A stretch of DNA of 64,000 bases from Takakia lepidozioides (GCA_030704615.1 CM060733.1:16368001-16432000); one strand, 5' to 3'; shown: positions 50,301-64,000, counted from the first letter of the stretch. The notes: generated by a model from the letters alone, not told the origin. Numbers and translations are program-made.

Positions 50301-50995
50301 TCATATACCCTATACCAGACCCCTCTGATCCCATACCAATCCGCAACCTCGTCAAAACACTTACTCGGGAGGCTAACAAACAAGCCACGGCCTCTATAAG
50401 CCATACCAAGGTACATATCCTAAAATGGACACAATCCTCAGTATTACACCATAAATTGTCAAACCATTTCTAGCACACTAAAGTCGCAACTTATGCACAA
50501 ATACGACAAACTCTCAAATTCAGATATGCTCAATACATGGGCCATCAATGCAAGCACACCTTTTGGCCGTGCCTATTCCCATCCCCGAACTGTCCACTCT
50601 GTTCATACACCCACACAGAATATGATATCTGGCCCCATCTCCTCAGCCAATGTACTCACCCTGTCATACATAGCCTTTGAATTACTAGACACAATCATGT
50701 CGTTTGGCACATTCATAAACTTCTTCTAAACCGCATTGAGACTAGATGGTTTTCACTCATTAACGCTGATACCTACCAAGGCAGACCCCCGGATCACACT
50801 GTCCCACCCTGGCTTCTCTCATGTACTTGCCAACCCCACTCTCCCTGCACATGCCCCGCTAGACTATGCCTAGATATCTTGCTAGTCCAAGGCCTATCGG
50901 TAAACGCCCCACCACCAAATGCCCCATCCCCAAACCTCACCATACACTTTATCGAGTTTACATACTGCCATGATCAATACCCTAGCTCCTCTACG
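47390..50995 (+). mobile_element. Degenerate, 5'- and 3'-truncated non-LTR retrotransposon (RandI/Dualen-like): RT C-terminus, chromodomain, PCIF1-like domain, RNase H, CCHC, REL
   Basis: EPYTYLGI (~47400); RNase H YTDGS..RAELMAI..FTDS..HIGITGNEAAD (49855-50230); CPLC..HLLSQC, RHN, LDILLV..FIEFTYC (50590-50975). Several frameshifts and stops. Confidence 0.85.
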
Positions 50996-51061
50996 ATTGA
51001 TAGAACAAGGCACTGCTAATGAAGGCACCTTCTTCAACACATGTCAGCCTGTTTTTCCATG

Positions 51062-52849
51062 TTATCAGAATCGTCCCTAAATTTTCATGTTGAATTTTGC
51101 AAGTTAGCTCATTGGTGGATCTATGGTGGTTTTGGAGTGATTTTGACTGCCAATGTGACAACAGAAAAGTATCAAAAACAGATAATAGAGATGAGAAGTT
51201 CTGGAATGAATACGTTTCCGACCCCAGTCAATGGTGGAACAATCCAGGCAAAAAGGTGAATGCCTATTGGAAGCAGACACAACTCAACATAGGAACTAAT
51301 GTGATAAGTAGGGTTGGGGTGTTTGCTGGAACAATTCTAGGCAACCATGGACCTCTTTGCTCTTTTCTAGGGCTGCCAGGCTTGCACACACATTGCAAAC
51401 GCACACAAACGTTATGGCGGGCTTCACCCCTTCCCCCATCATTCGCTCATAGGCCTCCAAGCCTCCATCCCTCGCCCCTGTTGTGCATACCCTGCAAGCA
51501 TCGTACTCCACGACACCACATCTCGTTCAGCCATAGTGTTGAACACTCCCTCTGCATCCTCGATGCACCCACATTTGGCATACGGCAGTGTTCATAATGA
51601 CATCTGATAATCTAACAGCTAGCATTCACCTTTTTGCCTCGGTTGTCCCACCATTGACTGGGATCATAAAATTATTCATTCCACAATTTCTCCTCATCTC
51701 TGTTACCTATTTTTGGATACTTTCTTGTTGTCACATTGGCAGTATCATGTCAAAGTCACTCCAAACTAGATTCACTCAACCAGCTAACTTGCAGAATTCA
51801 ACATGGAAATTTGGGGCCGATTCTGATAAGAGGGCCTTGCTGCTAGCAGCTGACAATGACCAGATGTGATTCTGAACAATACCCTCGTGGACATTTATGC
51901 CAAATGTTGGAGCATTGAGGATGCGGAGGGAGTATTCAACAATATGGCTGAACAAGATTTGGTATCATGGAACGCCATGCTTGCAGGATATGCACAGCAG
52001 GGGCGCGAGATGGAGGCCTTGGAGACCCTATGAGCAAATGATGGGGGAAGAGGTGAAGCGCAACCACATCACATTTGTGTGCGTTTGCAATACTCGTGCA
52101 AGCCGACAGCCCTGGAAAAGGGCAAAGAGGTGCATGGTGACATCATCAAAGCTGGAATTGTATCAAATGTCATTCTGGACACTGCACTGGTGGACATGTA
52201 TGCGAAATGTGGGTGCATTGAGGATGCAAAGGGAGTATTCAATGACAATATGGCTGAACGAAATGTGCTATCGTGGAACGCGACGATCTCAGGATATGCC
52301 CAACATGTCATAGGGAGGTCCTGCAACTATTTGAAGGAATGCAAAAGAACGGTTTGAACAGTATCACCTTTATGTTTTCTCTTTGCATGCAGCCACACTG
52401 GCCTACTGGATGAAGGAAGACGCTATTTCGATTCCCTAAGTCAAGATCATGGTGTCACTCTGATAGTAAATCATTTTGGCTGCATGGTGGACCTTCTTGG
52501 ACGTGCGGGACAACTGGATGAGGCAGTGGACCTGATTAATAAAATGCCAATCAATCCAGATGTTGTGGTGTGGAAGGCCTTGCTTGGTGCTTGCAGAATC
52601 CATAGCAACCTGGAGATGGTTGAACGTGCGGCAACATCTATCCTCATGTGGAATGAACAGGATGTCGCGACGTATGTGTTGATATCAAGCATCTATGCTG
52701 CAGCTGGCATGTGGGATGATATTACAAAGATGAGAAACATGATGAAGGTCAGGGGTGTCAGAAAGGAGCCAGGTCGATCCTGTATTGAGGTTGGGACGCC
52801 AACCGCTTTTACCACTTCCAAAATGGTGTTTGTTCTTGGGGAGTACTAG
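51062..52849 (+). pseudogene. PLS-PPR (E-type) pseudogene with an OSB/PDF-like motif and an internal inverted duplicate
   Basis: MYAKCG triplets, CMVDLLGRAGQLDEA, KEPGRSCIEV, frameshifts. 51062-51265 is inverted at 51620-51829, and 51325-51606 is inverted at 51861-52160. Confidence 0.82.
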
Positions 52850-53912
52850 TGAAATGAAATGCTTGTCACCTAATTGAATGCACTCTCTGCCAGCTGCGAG
52901 TCAGGTTGGACTCCAACAGTAGCAGCAAAGGCGCACGAAATCTTTTCAGAGAGGAATTCTCAACAGTAAAGTTTTGAAGATAATTGGACCTTGCGAAGGT
53001 TGAAACTGTAGAACAAGTTCACAAAGTTGGTGAACAGAGGTACAGGGACTAAGGTCTTGATGGTCCTCAAGAGGGTCACTCTCTAATGAAAATACCCTGT
53101 GTATCAGAAAAATGGAAACTGTCTTCACGCCTCCTGCACATCGGCCACTGACGATGTCCCTTTCCTCTCTGCATATCTTTATTGTTCAAAGTGAGATTCC
53201 ACACCCTGAGTTTAAATTCCAGTCTGGTGCCAAGGGGAGGCCCTTCAGATCAGGGTTGGAGAGGACATACTCATAAGACATTGTTTACTGTGGTGTTGTG
53301 GCCATAGACCCTGTGCCCAGTTTGGGTAGAACAAGAGGGAACTCAGGGATGCAGAGAATGTACGCATGAGACTTCGTTTGTTGTAGCCTTGTGGCCATAG
53401 ACCCCATGCCCAGTTTGGTCGGAAGTCAAGGATGGAGAAAGAGAGAGAACAAAAGAGAATGGGTGATATTTGTTGAAGTTAGGATGAAGCAGAAAAGGTA
53501 GGCTATAGGGTGGAGAGGGTTAGATAGTTATGTGCCTTCACCGATAAAGCTAATTTTGTACTTGCAGATATCCAAGAATTTATGTATGAGAGGGACTTTC
53601 TAGGCGATGGCCTCATTGACAGTTCCATGTGAAGTTTGCTATGACTTAGCTTGAGGCCATACTTGTGGTGCTCCCAGTGGGAATTCAGCTGGCTAATTTT
53701 GAGTTTCCACAACAGTCATGTACAATTGACAACAATTTGGTCACATGGAAATTGATTGATGTATAGGCCGGTGCTGCCATCATACTAAAAAGAATAAAGC
53801 GTCCACATTTTGTTTTATTTTACGTGACTATCCATGCATTGCACTGCAGTTCAGGTGTCACATAAGTCAGAAGTTATTTCAGCCAGTAAGCAACTATAAC
53901 CTACAGAATCTC

Positions 53913-56900
53913 TCAAGCTTGCCCATCAGAAAAGTTAGCAATGCAAGCAGAGAGGGTCCACAGCTTTGATGCGAGTTCTGTGCTATAAGTAGCCGGGGCA
54001 GATGGCACTTCTTTGGTCATTGTGAGGAAAAATCCTTTTGAGATATTGCGGAGTGGCCAATCAAAGACCGCTGCCAGGTTAGTGCCGATAGTTGTTGTTG
54101 AAGGGGCCACAACCTGCCAATCACATGATGTCTTCTTTTCACTCACTCTCTAAAAAGGGAAGCACATTTGTTGGTCTTTGAAAGGAAGACTGCTATGCTA
54201 GGGGCAGGGTCAATAAGATGTAGCTAGTACTGCTGACAAAAACACTAATTCAAAACTTTGTATCTGTTATTGGGAGTGACAGCTAGCTTGGAAGTTTGTG
54301 GGAAAAAGACAAATGAGCTTTACCATAGACCAAGCAAACAGTCCTCGAGCAAAGAAATGCAGGGGCATTTTCTTTTCTGTGTCAACCAGCGGAGCAGTCG
54401 CCCCATGAATCACTGGTATTGCTCCGTCCCATGTTGGAGCAAATACTGCCTGCCAGGTACCAAAAGAAGCAGCCCATCAATGTCATATTAGGCATTGCCA
54501 TGCAACTCAAGTGTCTTATCTCTCTCAAAAGGTGCAATACAACTTACTTGCATGAGGGTCTCCTGCTCCAGGGGATGATTGGGGTTTCTGGCAAAAATGT
54601 TTTGGTTTTCCCTTGTAGGCAAATCTTTTGTGCTCCTGTGCATGTAAGAAATATCTTTCTTTTCGTTCTTCTCTCATATGCTAGCTCGAAGAGCATCCTG
54701 GCCCTCTCTATCGGTATGGAAGGCATCACAATAAAATAAAGTCCAGACTGTAGATAGATTGTACTCATAAGACGTTGTTTGCCGTAGCCTTGTGGCCAAG
54801 ACTGTAGATAGAAACTGATAACTTGGTATTGGCTGATAGAAACTACCATTATTGCTGCCATGGTAAAAAACAACCCATTTTGGAGATACAGGTTGCAAGG
54901 GGACAAATGCTTACATTTGCAAGCCAGCTCAAAGGTGGGCGGCTGAAACTGCTTCGTCTCCAAATGTCACTCGCAACTGCCCCTGTTTCAATGTTTATGT
55001 AAATTTCATCTGCAATGGAACAGGAGGAACTGGAATAGCTTCTATCCCTTCATCAGCCTCACCACTCCTGTGTGGGGGCACATGTGGGCCCGGCTGCAGA
55101 TGGAACTTGACAATGTAAAAGTGGACACAATCTACTACCACATGTCAATAGCCTCTCTCACACACATACAGTTTGTCCGTGCTAATTCAATAGGACTGAA
55201 GTTTTTGTCCCGCTGTTTTTTAGCAACTGATCAACATAGTATAAGCAAGTTGGCTCAGACTCAAACCTGGATCTACAGCACAAGCGTGGATACCTTTGCC
55301 TGCACAATTAGTCCAATGTAAGTAACACAATCACTAGTTTCTGTCACATTAGAGCTAATAATCAAAGGTTTCCCTACAGCTTTGAAAATCTGATGCATCA
55401 ACATGAGGTTGTAAGCAGACATTGTCACAGCTCGTGGTAAGAGTCACAAAGGGATTGGATAAGAGCTTTTTTATTCCACCAACTTGTGCTGTCACATCAC
55501 CAGTGGGGGATTTGTACCAGAGTACATAATATGAAGGGTCATTGAGGTAATCACAAAGTATTCAAGCTGACTCTTAAGTTACCTTGCCAGCGGCGCTGAA
55601 GCTCATAAGTGAATAGAACATTGGCCAACTTGGCTTCGGGATAGTCGCCTGATTTGAAGTCCCATAGAAATTTATCCTGATGAGCTTCCATTGAACAAAT
55701 AACATGTTTTAAGGGCTTTCCACTTGACTTGTCACTTCGCTGGCAAAACCTGCTCGGTATATTATACAAATTTATTTTTTTGATGTGACTAGAATTTTCC
55801 AAGTAACTTGGTCGGTTTTATCCAGTAACTTGGTTTTTCTCCCTTCTATTTTATTTTTTTAAATTCTTCAAAACAAACAATGCCAAAATTACACTGAGTT
55901 TAGTTGGCCATGGCATTACGAGGGCTCGCGGAGGAGAAAATGTGTTGAATGTGGATAGAGACAAAGGTACTGTTGTGGTGTATGTGGAGATTTCCCTTGT
56001 TGTTTGGGACACTGCTTTGCTACATGTCACAACTACCTTCGAAGACTTGTAAGTGCGACGTGAAGGCCTAACTACTAATATTGATTGATGTGGCATACTG
56101 CAGAGATCTTGGGACTGTGCATGACGAGGGGGTGAATTCATAATCATGCATTGCCACAACAAATGAAATGCATCCAACCTAGCACACTGGACATCTGGAC
56201 TTACTGTCGATGTCTGTATGAAGAGATAAGGGAAGAGAGTTTACTGGAGGGTTGGGAAAGTCAACCCAACGGTGCTTCGAAGATGACACGTTCACCACCT
56301 ATATCAACCAAGTCAACTCCATGTTAGAACAGCTCAAATATTCACAGGTTACAGGGATTCTCCAACCAAAGCTTAATTGAATAGCTCGATGCACTGTCAT
56401 CATACCACCAAAGAATGGTGCTATCAGCACTACTACTGTACAACCTATATTGAACAAGATGTGACACACATGGTTGTGGTACGACAAGAATCATGCTGCA
56501 ACATTAATTTTCTGGGCTTGGAGAAACGGTGCTCCTCTCATCCTTGCACAGTATGTTGTTGATTGAACCAGATTCCATGGTATAATATGATCATCACATC
56601 ATGGAAAGTGATACATACCCTTGATGGCGCCCCAGCAACCAATTCATCTTCAAGCAGGCGGGTGAGCACATAGGGACCAAGATAGTTGATCTGCAGCAGT
56701 TACCACCCAATGCAGGGACAGGAAGTTGTGGTCACAGTTTCTGGCATCCAATAGCATGCAATTACCTCAACCATATCGAGCCTGAGAAATCTTCCAATAT
56801 TTATACTCGTGAAGCATAGCATGGAGTGTCCTTGACACTTTCCCCAGTGACCAAAATGAGGATGCACAACGGTGGGAAGACACCAGTAATAGGATTGGAA

Positions 56901-57998
56901 ATTCAAATTACAACTTGGCATTAAGAAGGTGAAGGATGCATGCTCCAGTGGAAACAAATTACATTTTCCCAGGAGGGAGTGCAGAGGTACCTGGGCAGAC
57001 CCTCCAATGCCCTCAGCTGTGTACCAAGGAGTGCCGAGAACTACGCCGGCATTATTGACCTGTTTCAAGTACACAATGCAAAGTTGTTCAGTCATAGTGG
57101 ATCCGGCCCAACACCTGTTCAGACTAGTGTGTGTGCTTGACCCCATACTACAGATTTAAAGAGCGAGATCACAAGAGGGAAGAAAAGTTGCCACAATATG
57201 GAGGGATTGGAGTAATTCAATTTGAGTACTTTACCAGGAGGTGTAGGGGTAAATTACGAGACTTGAATTCAGATGCACACTTGCGAACAGACTCGAGGGT
57301 GCCCAAATCCAGCAGCAGTATTTCCACATCAGCCCTTGGGCAGGCCTTGAAATCCATGCAAAAGGATGTAAAAAAGCAATGGGAAACCCCAAGCGGTGTG
57401 AAAACCACATCAGCTACAGGCTTGCGGGCCTTTGCATGGAAAGCTACTGGCAAAAGACTGTGAATCCAATATAGGTCTGTCTACATGCAAGCAATTACAC
57501 TAGTATAAACAGATTAACCACTAATGTTACTAAGGTTCAACATGTCTTTGGGAGAAGGACAGCAAAAAAACCTCACGAATGTAGGTGGCCGCCTGGTGAG
57601 CTCTGTTAGCGCTCCGGCAGGCCAGAAACACCTTCATCCCATCCTTTGCTAGAGCAAGAGCTGTTTCTCTGTTGAAGAAGACAAGAATTAGGGTCTCTTA
57701 ACACCTAACCCAAGCAACACCCGCCCCATTTGTGTGGGGCAGACCTCCTGGCCATGATATTTCCATGAAGCAGCTGGACTTTAAAATTTTCCATGTAAAG
57801 TAGGTTCTACCTGATTCTATTGAAATAAAATCTAAGTGAGAAAAACCAATGCGTCAGCTACAATATCAGATTTACAGATCAGCTCGAGAACTCACAAGCT
57901 CGCTCATGTTCTTCTTCAAAAGAGAAAGCGACCGAGAAGTACCTTCCAATCCCGGTGTTGGAACCCGTCACAATCGCAATCCTGCGAAAGTCAGACAT
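53913..57998 (-). CDS. Short-chain dehydrogenase/reductase (retinol-DH/WWOX/TIC32-like), multi-exon; middle exons approximate
   Basis: MSDFRRIAIVTGSNTGIG (TGxxxGIG), ETALAL..VFLACRS, LDLGTLESVR, VNNAG, INYLGP, VVNVSS, YPEAK (YxxxK), AVDPG, LASKLW, each in GT-AG bounded exons. Confidence 0.85.
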
Positions 57999-60206
57999 TA
58001 TTTCACCCTGACATGAGCTCTCTCCCTCATCAGCGCTAGAGCGAATGAAGACGACAAGAGCAGAAGAAGCCGGTAGGTGGACCAGACTCCAATGTTAAAC
58101 TGATTCTCAAACGTTCACGTTTACAAACGGAGTTCATCCACAACCAACATATGTTTCTGAAACTGATGTCTTCATCCACTAGACTGAATGGATGACGTTC
58201 ATCCACATCAATATATGAAGCGAGACGTTTGTTTTGTTTTGTAGCGTCGTTGAGATCTCCCTAACCGCGGGCCAGTCCGGGTGCTTGGTGCCGTGGATCT
58301 TCCATGAGGAGGGGTGCACCGGCTTGGTCTCATAGTTTTTGGAGCTGCGGTGTGGGAAATATGGAATTTTGAGTACTTTGGGTCGCTGGAAATTCGGAAA
58401 AAATAGCAAAGTGGGCTTTCCTGGAGCAATGATTGGCCCTTCACGTGGGATATTTGGAATTTCAAGTACTTTTGGTCGCTGGAAATTTGTGAAAAATAGC
58501 AGAGTGGATATATCAATATATTAAGCCTCGACAGGGGAGATTGCAAAAATAGTAAAGTGGGCACTGGGATGCACTTGGACTTAGATGACATTGGACACTG
58601 GAGGTTGCCCTTGGGCCTCCACATGGGAGAAGCTCTTGGATACATAGGAGAGTGCACTTGGGCTTAGATTTCAATTCTTCACACATTGGCCAATGGCACA
58701 GGCTACCCTAGATCTCCCAAACTGTTGGGTCTCTGGATACACAAGGGATTGCACTTGGACTTAGATGACATTGGACACTTGGGCCAACGGCACAAGCTGC
58801 CCTAAAGGTTACACTTGGGCCTTGACATAGGATACACTCTTGGATACATAGGGGATTGCACTTGGACTTAGCTGATGATACTGGACATTTGGGCCAACGG
58901 CACAGGCTACTCTAGCCAGTTTGTTTGTTTTGTATTGTTTTGTTTTGTTTTGTAGCGTCATTGCAGAGATCTCCCAAACCGCGGGGGCCCAGCCCCAGTG
59001 CTTGGTGCCGTTGGAAAGCCCTCAATGAGGAGGGGTAAACCGGCTTAGTCTCATAATTTTTGGACGTGTGGTGTGGGAGATGTGGAATTCCAAGTACTTT
59101 GGGTCGCTGGAAATTCGTGAAAAATGGCCAAGTGGGCTTTCCTTGGTCAACGATTGGCCCGTCATTTGGGAGATTTGGAATTTCAGGTATTTCTAGTCGC
59201 TGGAAATTCTCGAAAAATAGCAAAAGTGAAGCCTCGACAAGGGAGATTGCAAAAATAGCAAAGAGGGCTTTGTTGGAACAATGACGTGGAGATCTCCCAA
59301 ACTGCAGGGTCTCTGGATGCATAGGGGATTGCACTTGGACTTAGATGACATTGGACATTGGAGGTCGCACTTGGGCCTCTACATGGGAGAAGCACTTGGA
59401 TACATAGGAGATTGCACTTGGGCTTAGATCTCAATTCTTAACACATGGGGCAATGGCACAGGCTACCCTAGGCCTAGATCTCCCAACAGGAGGGTCTTTG
59501 GATACATAGGGGATTGCACTTGGACTTAGGGGCCAACGGCACAAGCTACCCTATCAATATATGAAGCGAGACGTTTGTTTGTTTTGTTTTGTAGCGTCGT
59601 TGAGATCTCCCAAACTGTTGGGCTCCAGCTTTGGTGATATGGAATTTCAAGTACTTTTGGTCTCTGGAAATTCAAGAAAAATAGCAAAGTGGGCTTTCTG
59701 GAGCAGTGGGAGATTTGAAATTTCAAGTACTTTTGGCAAAAAGGATACATCAATATATGAAGCCTCGACAGGGGAGATAATTGCAAAAATAGCAAAATGG
59801 GCTTTGGGATTGCACTTGGACTTAGGTGACATTGGACACTGGAGGTCGCACTTGGGCCTCTACATGGGAGACGCACATAGATACATAGGAGATTGCACTT
59901 AAGGCTTAGATTTCAATTCTTCACACATGGGCCAATGGCACAGGCTACCCTAGATCTCCCAAACAGTGGGGTCTCTGGATATATAGGGGATTGCACTTGG
60001 ACTTAGATGACACTGGACACTTGGGCCAATGGCACAGGCTGCCCTAGTACCATTGGAAAGCCAGCCGAGACGGAGGACTTGGAAATCAATATATGAAGCA
60101 AGCCAATTTGTATGTTTTGTTCTGTTTTGTAGCGTCGTTGAGATCTCCTAAACCGCGGGGTCTTAGTGCGGGTGCTTGGTGTCATTGAAAAGCCCTCGAT
60201 GAGAGG

Positions 60207-61899
60207 CAGGGATGCTAAACCATGAGCGGTGAGCGGTGAGCTGGAAATCGTGAGCCCATGATATAAATTATATATGATTATGAGCATGGATGGGACGTTA
60301 AAACATTAAGAAATGGGACGTATTTCCGCGGATTACTGTATAACGACCTTATATCCGAGGAAACCAAAAAATGACAATTCAACAATGACAAAAAATGTAC
60401 TTCAAACTATACCAAAAGATTGGATCAGATGTACAAATGGGACACATCGAGATCAATGAATGCATTTGGTTGACACTTACGTAAAGACAACAAATTGGTC
60501 ATAAAAAGCAATGAATCAAATATCAGAAGAATCTATTTATTTCTTACACATCCCATATCATCATTCTGACTTTGATGATTAAAATCTGAATAGAAACTCA
60601 TACCCATATTTTGTAGGATCAGACAGTGGACCAGAAAGACTAAATATTTATTTTATTTTATTTTAAAATGTCATTTTATCTCATTTCAATAAAAAATTAT
60701 CTATGATACTTAAACTGATATGAAGGTAGAAATATATATACCAATATGTGGCTTCTTTTAGGAGGCGTCATATATATATATATATATATATAATCAATAT
60801 ATGACTATATATATATATTCAGATTCAAAATTGACATCAATATATATTATTCCAAAATAAATACTATTTTTTATTATGTCATTCACTCATTGTTTATGAA
60901 AAACAATTATTTCAGATTTGGCCCAAAAGAAATTATAGGATTTTATTTTAAGGAAACGGGTATCTGCCGGCGCATACGAAATACGAGGGCCTCTATCCCT
61001 TGTTTTGGGGGAAAAAAAAAAAAAAAAAAAAAAAAACTATCGTCTGAGATACATGTCGCCATAAAAACTTGTATGCGTCTGCTTATACCCAAAATGAATA
61101 TACTAAGGGCATTGTTGTCTGAGTTTCATTTCACCATGAATACATGTATGCGCTTGCTTATACCCGAATTGAGGCACACTAAGGGCACTGTTGTCTGAGA
61201 TTCATGTTGTCATGAAAACCTGTATGCGTCTGCTTATACCCGAAATGAACACTGAGGACACTGTTGTCTGATATTCATTTCGCCATGAAAACTTGTATGC
61301 GCCTACTTATACCCGAAATGAACACACTGATGTCTGAGACTAGAGCTTCCCTAAAACTATATGTGCTTGCGCATACCCTAGTTGAAGTCATTTCGAACTG
61401 TATGCGCCTATGCATACACTAAATGGTCAAACCCCAGTTTTCTTTAACATGTTCATCCTAAACCCTATGCGCATGTTCCACAACCTGCAGTAGCTGCACC
61501 TGATAGGCTTCAGGCCAGATGACCATTTTGTCTCAACCACCTGCTGGTGTTAAGTCAGCAGAACATCCTTTCGGGACAGTATCGTTTCCATCTCACATAT
61601 TGGGCCCCTATCGCATGAAGAATGTTCCAACTCATTCCACTGAGATGGGTCATGGCCTCCTCCATTGAGCAACAGAATTGTCTGCAATCATCTCAAGGTG
61701 CACAGTTGTAGTTAGACCTCTTATGTCACTTCGGGAATATGGGGTTCTTCTGTCGTAAGGCTACACGGTCATAGGTCCTCCGGTATTCAATATGTAATCC
61801 GCGGGAATATGGGGTTTTCCCATTCGTGAGCCTATGCTCACGAATACAAGCTCGCAGCTCTCAAGCTCACACATCTAGGCTCACGGAATAGCATTCATG
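60207..61899. mobile_element. Non-autonomous hAT-like element inserted in the repeat block
   Basis: Imperfect TIR CAGGGATGCTAAACCATGAGC vs CATGAATGCTATTCCGTGAGC (16/21). gatgag duplicated at both flanks, and the host repeat resumes in register. GTGAGC/GCTCAC subterminal motifs. Confidence 0.7.
61040..61340. repeat. Tandem ~75-bp repeat (about 4 copies) inside the hAT-like element
   Basis: tgtctgag...tgtatgcg..gcttataccc recurring. Confidence 0.85.
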
Positions 61900-64000
61900 G
61901 ATGAGGAGGGGTGCACTGGCTTGGTCTCATGATTTTTGGACCTACGGTGTGGGAGATATGGAATTTCAAGTACTTTTGGTCTGTGGAAATTCGTGAAAAA
62001 TAGCAAAGTGGGCTTTCCTAGAGCGATGATTGGCCCTTCATGTGGGAGATTTGGAATTTCAAGTACTTTTGGTTGTTAGAAATTCGCAAAAAATAGCAAA
62101 GTGGATATATCAATATATAAAACCTCGACAAAGGAGATTGCAAAAATAGCAAAGTTGGCTTTGTTGGAACAATGACGTGGAGATCTCCCAAACTGTAGGA
62201 TCTCTGGATGCATAGGGGATTGCACTTGGACTTAGATGACATTGGACAATGGAGGTCGCACTTGGGCCTCTAAATGGGAGAAGCACTTTGATACATAGGA
62301 GATTGCAATAAGGCTTAGATTGCACTAAGGCTTGGATTGCACTTGGGCTTAGATTTCAATTCTTCACACATGGGCCAATGACACAGGCTACCCTAGGCCT
62401 AGATCTCCCAAACGGAAGGTCTCTGCATACATATGGGATTGCACTTGGACTTAGATGACACTGGACACTTGGGCCAACGGCATAGGCTACCCTAATCAAT
62501 ATATAAAAAGAGACGTTTATTTTGTTTTGTTTTGTTTTGTAGCGTCGTTGAGATCTCCCAAACCGCGGGGGCCCAGCCCTGGTGCTTGGTGCCGTTGGAA
62601 AGCCCTCGATGAGGAGGGATGCACCGGTTTGGTCTCATAATTTTTGGACCCACGGTGTGGGAGATGTGGAATTTCAAGTGTTTGTATACCTATAGTGTAA
62701 ACCAGTGTTGGACTTGTATATAGGTGAAGGACTGCTATATAGTACTGGTATATGCACTGGTACCGTTTGGGATAATACTTGGTCATATACCAGACCAGGC
62801 TGGTATCAGTTTTTTCATACTAGCCACAATACCAGTACTCCCCCGCAGTCTACCTCATTTACTCTGGTATGTGTACCATATTAATTTATGTGTACATTTG
62901 CCTATACATTTGTATTTATGTATATTTACTTCTAAAGCCATCTTGAATTACAAGTTTATCAAAATAACAAATATCAAGTGAAAATAAATACAATACACAT
63001 AAAGGATGATACCAGAGTTGATACCTCATACCAGCTGGTATTGTGGTCTTGATACTCATAGTCATACCAATATTTGGACAAATATACATCCACCGTTATA
63101 TAGACCAGACTGATATGAAAACTTTGTGATACGCCAGGTACTAGGACCAGACTGGTATGTAAAAAAAACACGAAAAATGCGGTGTACGCCGGTGAGACAT
63201 GTTTGCAAACAAGAAAAAAGAAGGACAAACAAGAAGAAATGAGGGTTAGCAAGAAGAAGGAAATACATGGCAAGGGTTTTTTAAGTACAATCTGCTCTTT
63301 GCGCTTCCCTCCTCTGCCCTCCGCCCCTCCTGTCCCTGTCGTCCTCTCCATCGCCATCAGCAACGATGTGCCCTACAAACAAGTCCCAAAATAACGCTCA
63401 AGTCCCAAGTTCCAAGTCCTAAAATCAATGAGGGGCGGTTTACACTAAGCTGGGCGGTTTACACCAGTGTTGGACTGGTATCAAGCAGGGCCGGGGTTTT
63501 CAGACCATGGCAAATGAAACCCCGGCTCTAGAATCTGCGAAACCAGCAATATACCTCTGCTTAGAGGTATCTGCTCATCTCGCTTTACTTTTGTTTGCTT
63601 TGCTTTTGTATCGTTTTATATTTCTTAGATCTAATCTCAATCTATGTTTGATTGCAATGATATAGCCAAGACATGACGTTTGTCTTCTCATCTATCGTCA
63701 TTGTATGCGGTGGGACGATTGTTGGAGAGTAAGTTCAAGGGCATGGATGATAAATTGATTGCGCTGCAAATCTCTCTAATTAGTGATGTCAAGGAGAATG
63801 TTCATGATCTCAAAGAAGATTACAAGGGTCTCCGAAATGATTCGAAAGAAACCGTGCACGAGGTGAAGGAGCTCAACCATGGTTTCAAGGGTTTCCGAAA
63901 TGATTTTAAAGAGACTATGCACGAGCTGAAGGAGCTTGTTTCGAAGAAAAGTTAGGTAAGTGTAAGGACAAGTTGATTTCATTGTTTCAGGATCTCGATA

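Larger units (their letters stand above)
58205..62678. repeat. Complex modular satellite-like repeat block (58205-60206, resuming 61900-62678)
   Basis: Recurrent modules gggattgcacttggacttagatgacattggacac, ggaatttcaagtacttttgg, aaaatagcaaagtg and tttgtagcgtcgttgagatctccc in a higher-order arrangement. Confidence 0.9.

Overview
Eukaryotic nuclear DNA from a non-seed land plant, probably bryophyte grade (inferred from homogeneous 303-bp PLS-PPR triplets, GT-AG introns and a plastid insert). There is a 500-N assembly gap at 17439-17938. Host genes: an intronless bifunctional GPAT, a large PLS-PPR gene with a decayed DYW domain, a reticulon, a BCAS3-type ATG18, a RabA GTPase and a short-chain dehydrogenase. 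Pseudogenes: two further PPR copies, an Argonaute 3' remnant and a microbial-type FAD oxidoreductase. Mobile DNA: an apparently intact TTAA piggyBac with an adjacent piggyBac-type MITE, a Copia RT fragment, hAT-like non-autonomous inserts, a tRNA-derived SINE-like head and complex repeats. The two most unusual signals are methyltransferase-like modules in mobile-looking DNA. One is a degenerate RandI/Dualen-like LINE reading RT C-terminus, chromodomain, PCIF1/CAPAM-like adenine-MTase fold, RNase H, CCHC, REL endonuclease. The other is a spliced beta-class N6/N4 DNA-methyltransferase-like gene with palindromes in its introns. All domain calls are by-eye motif recognition; no searches were run.
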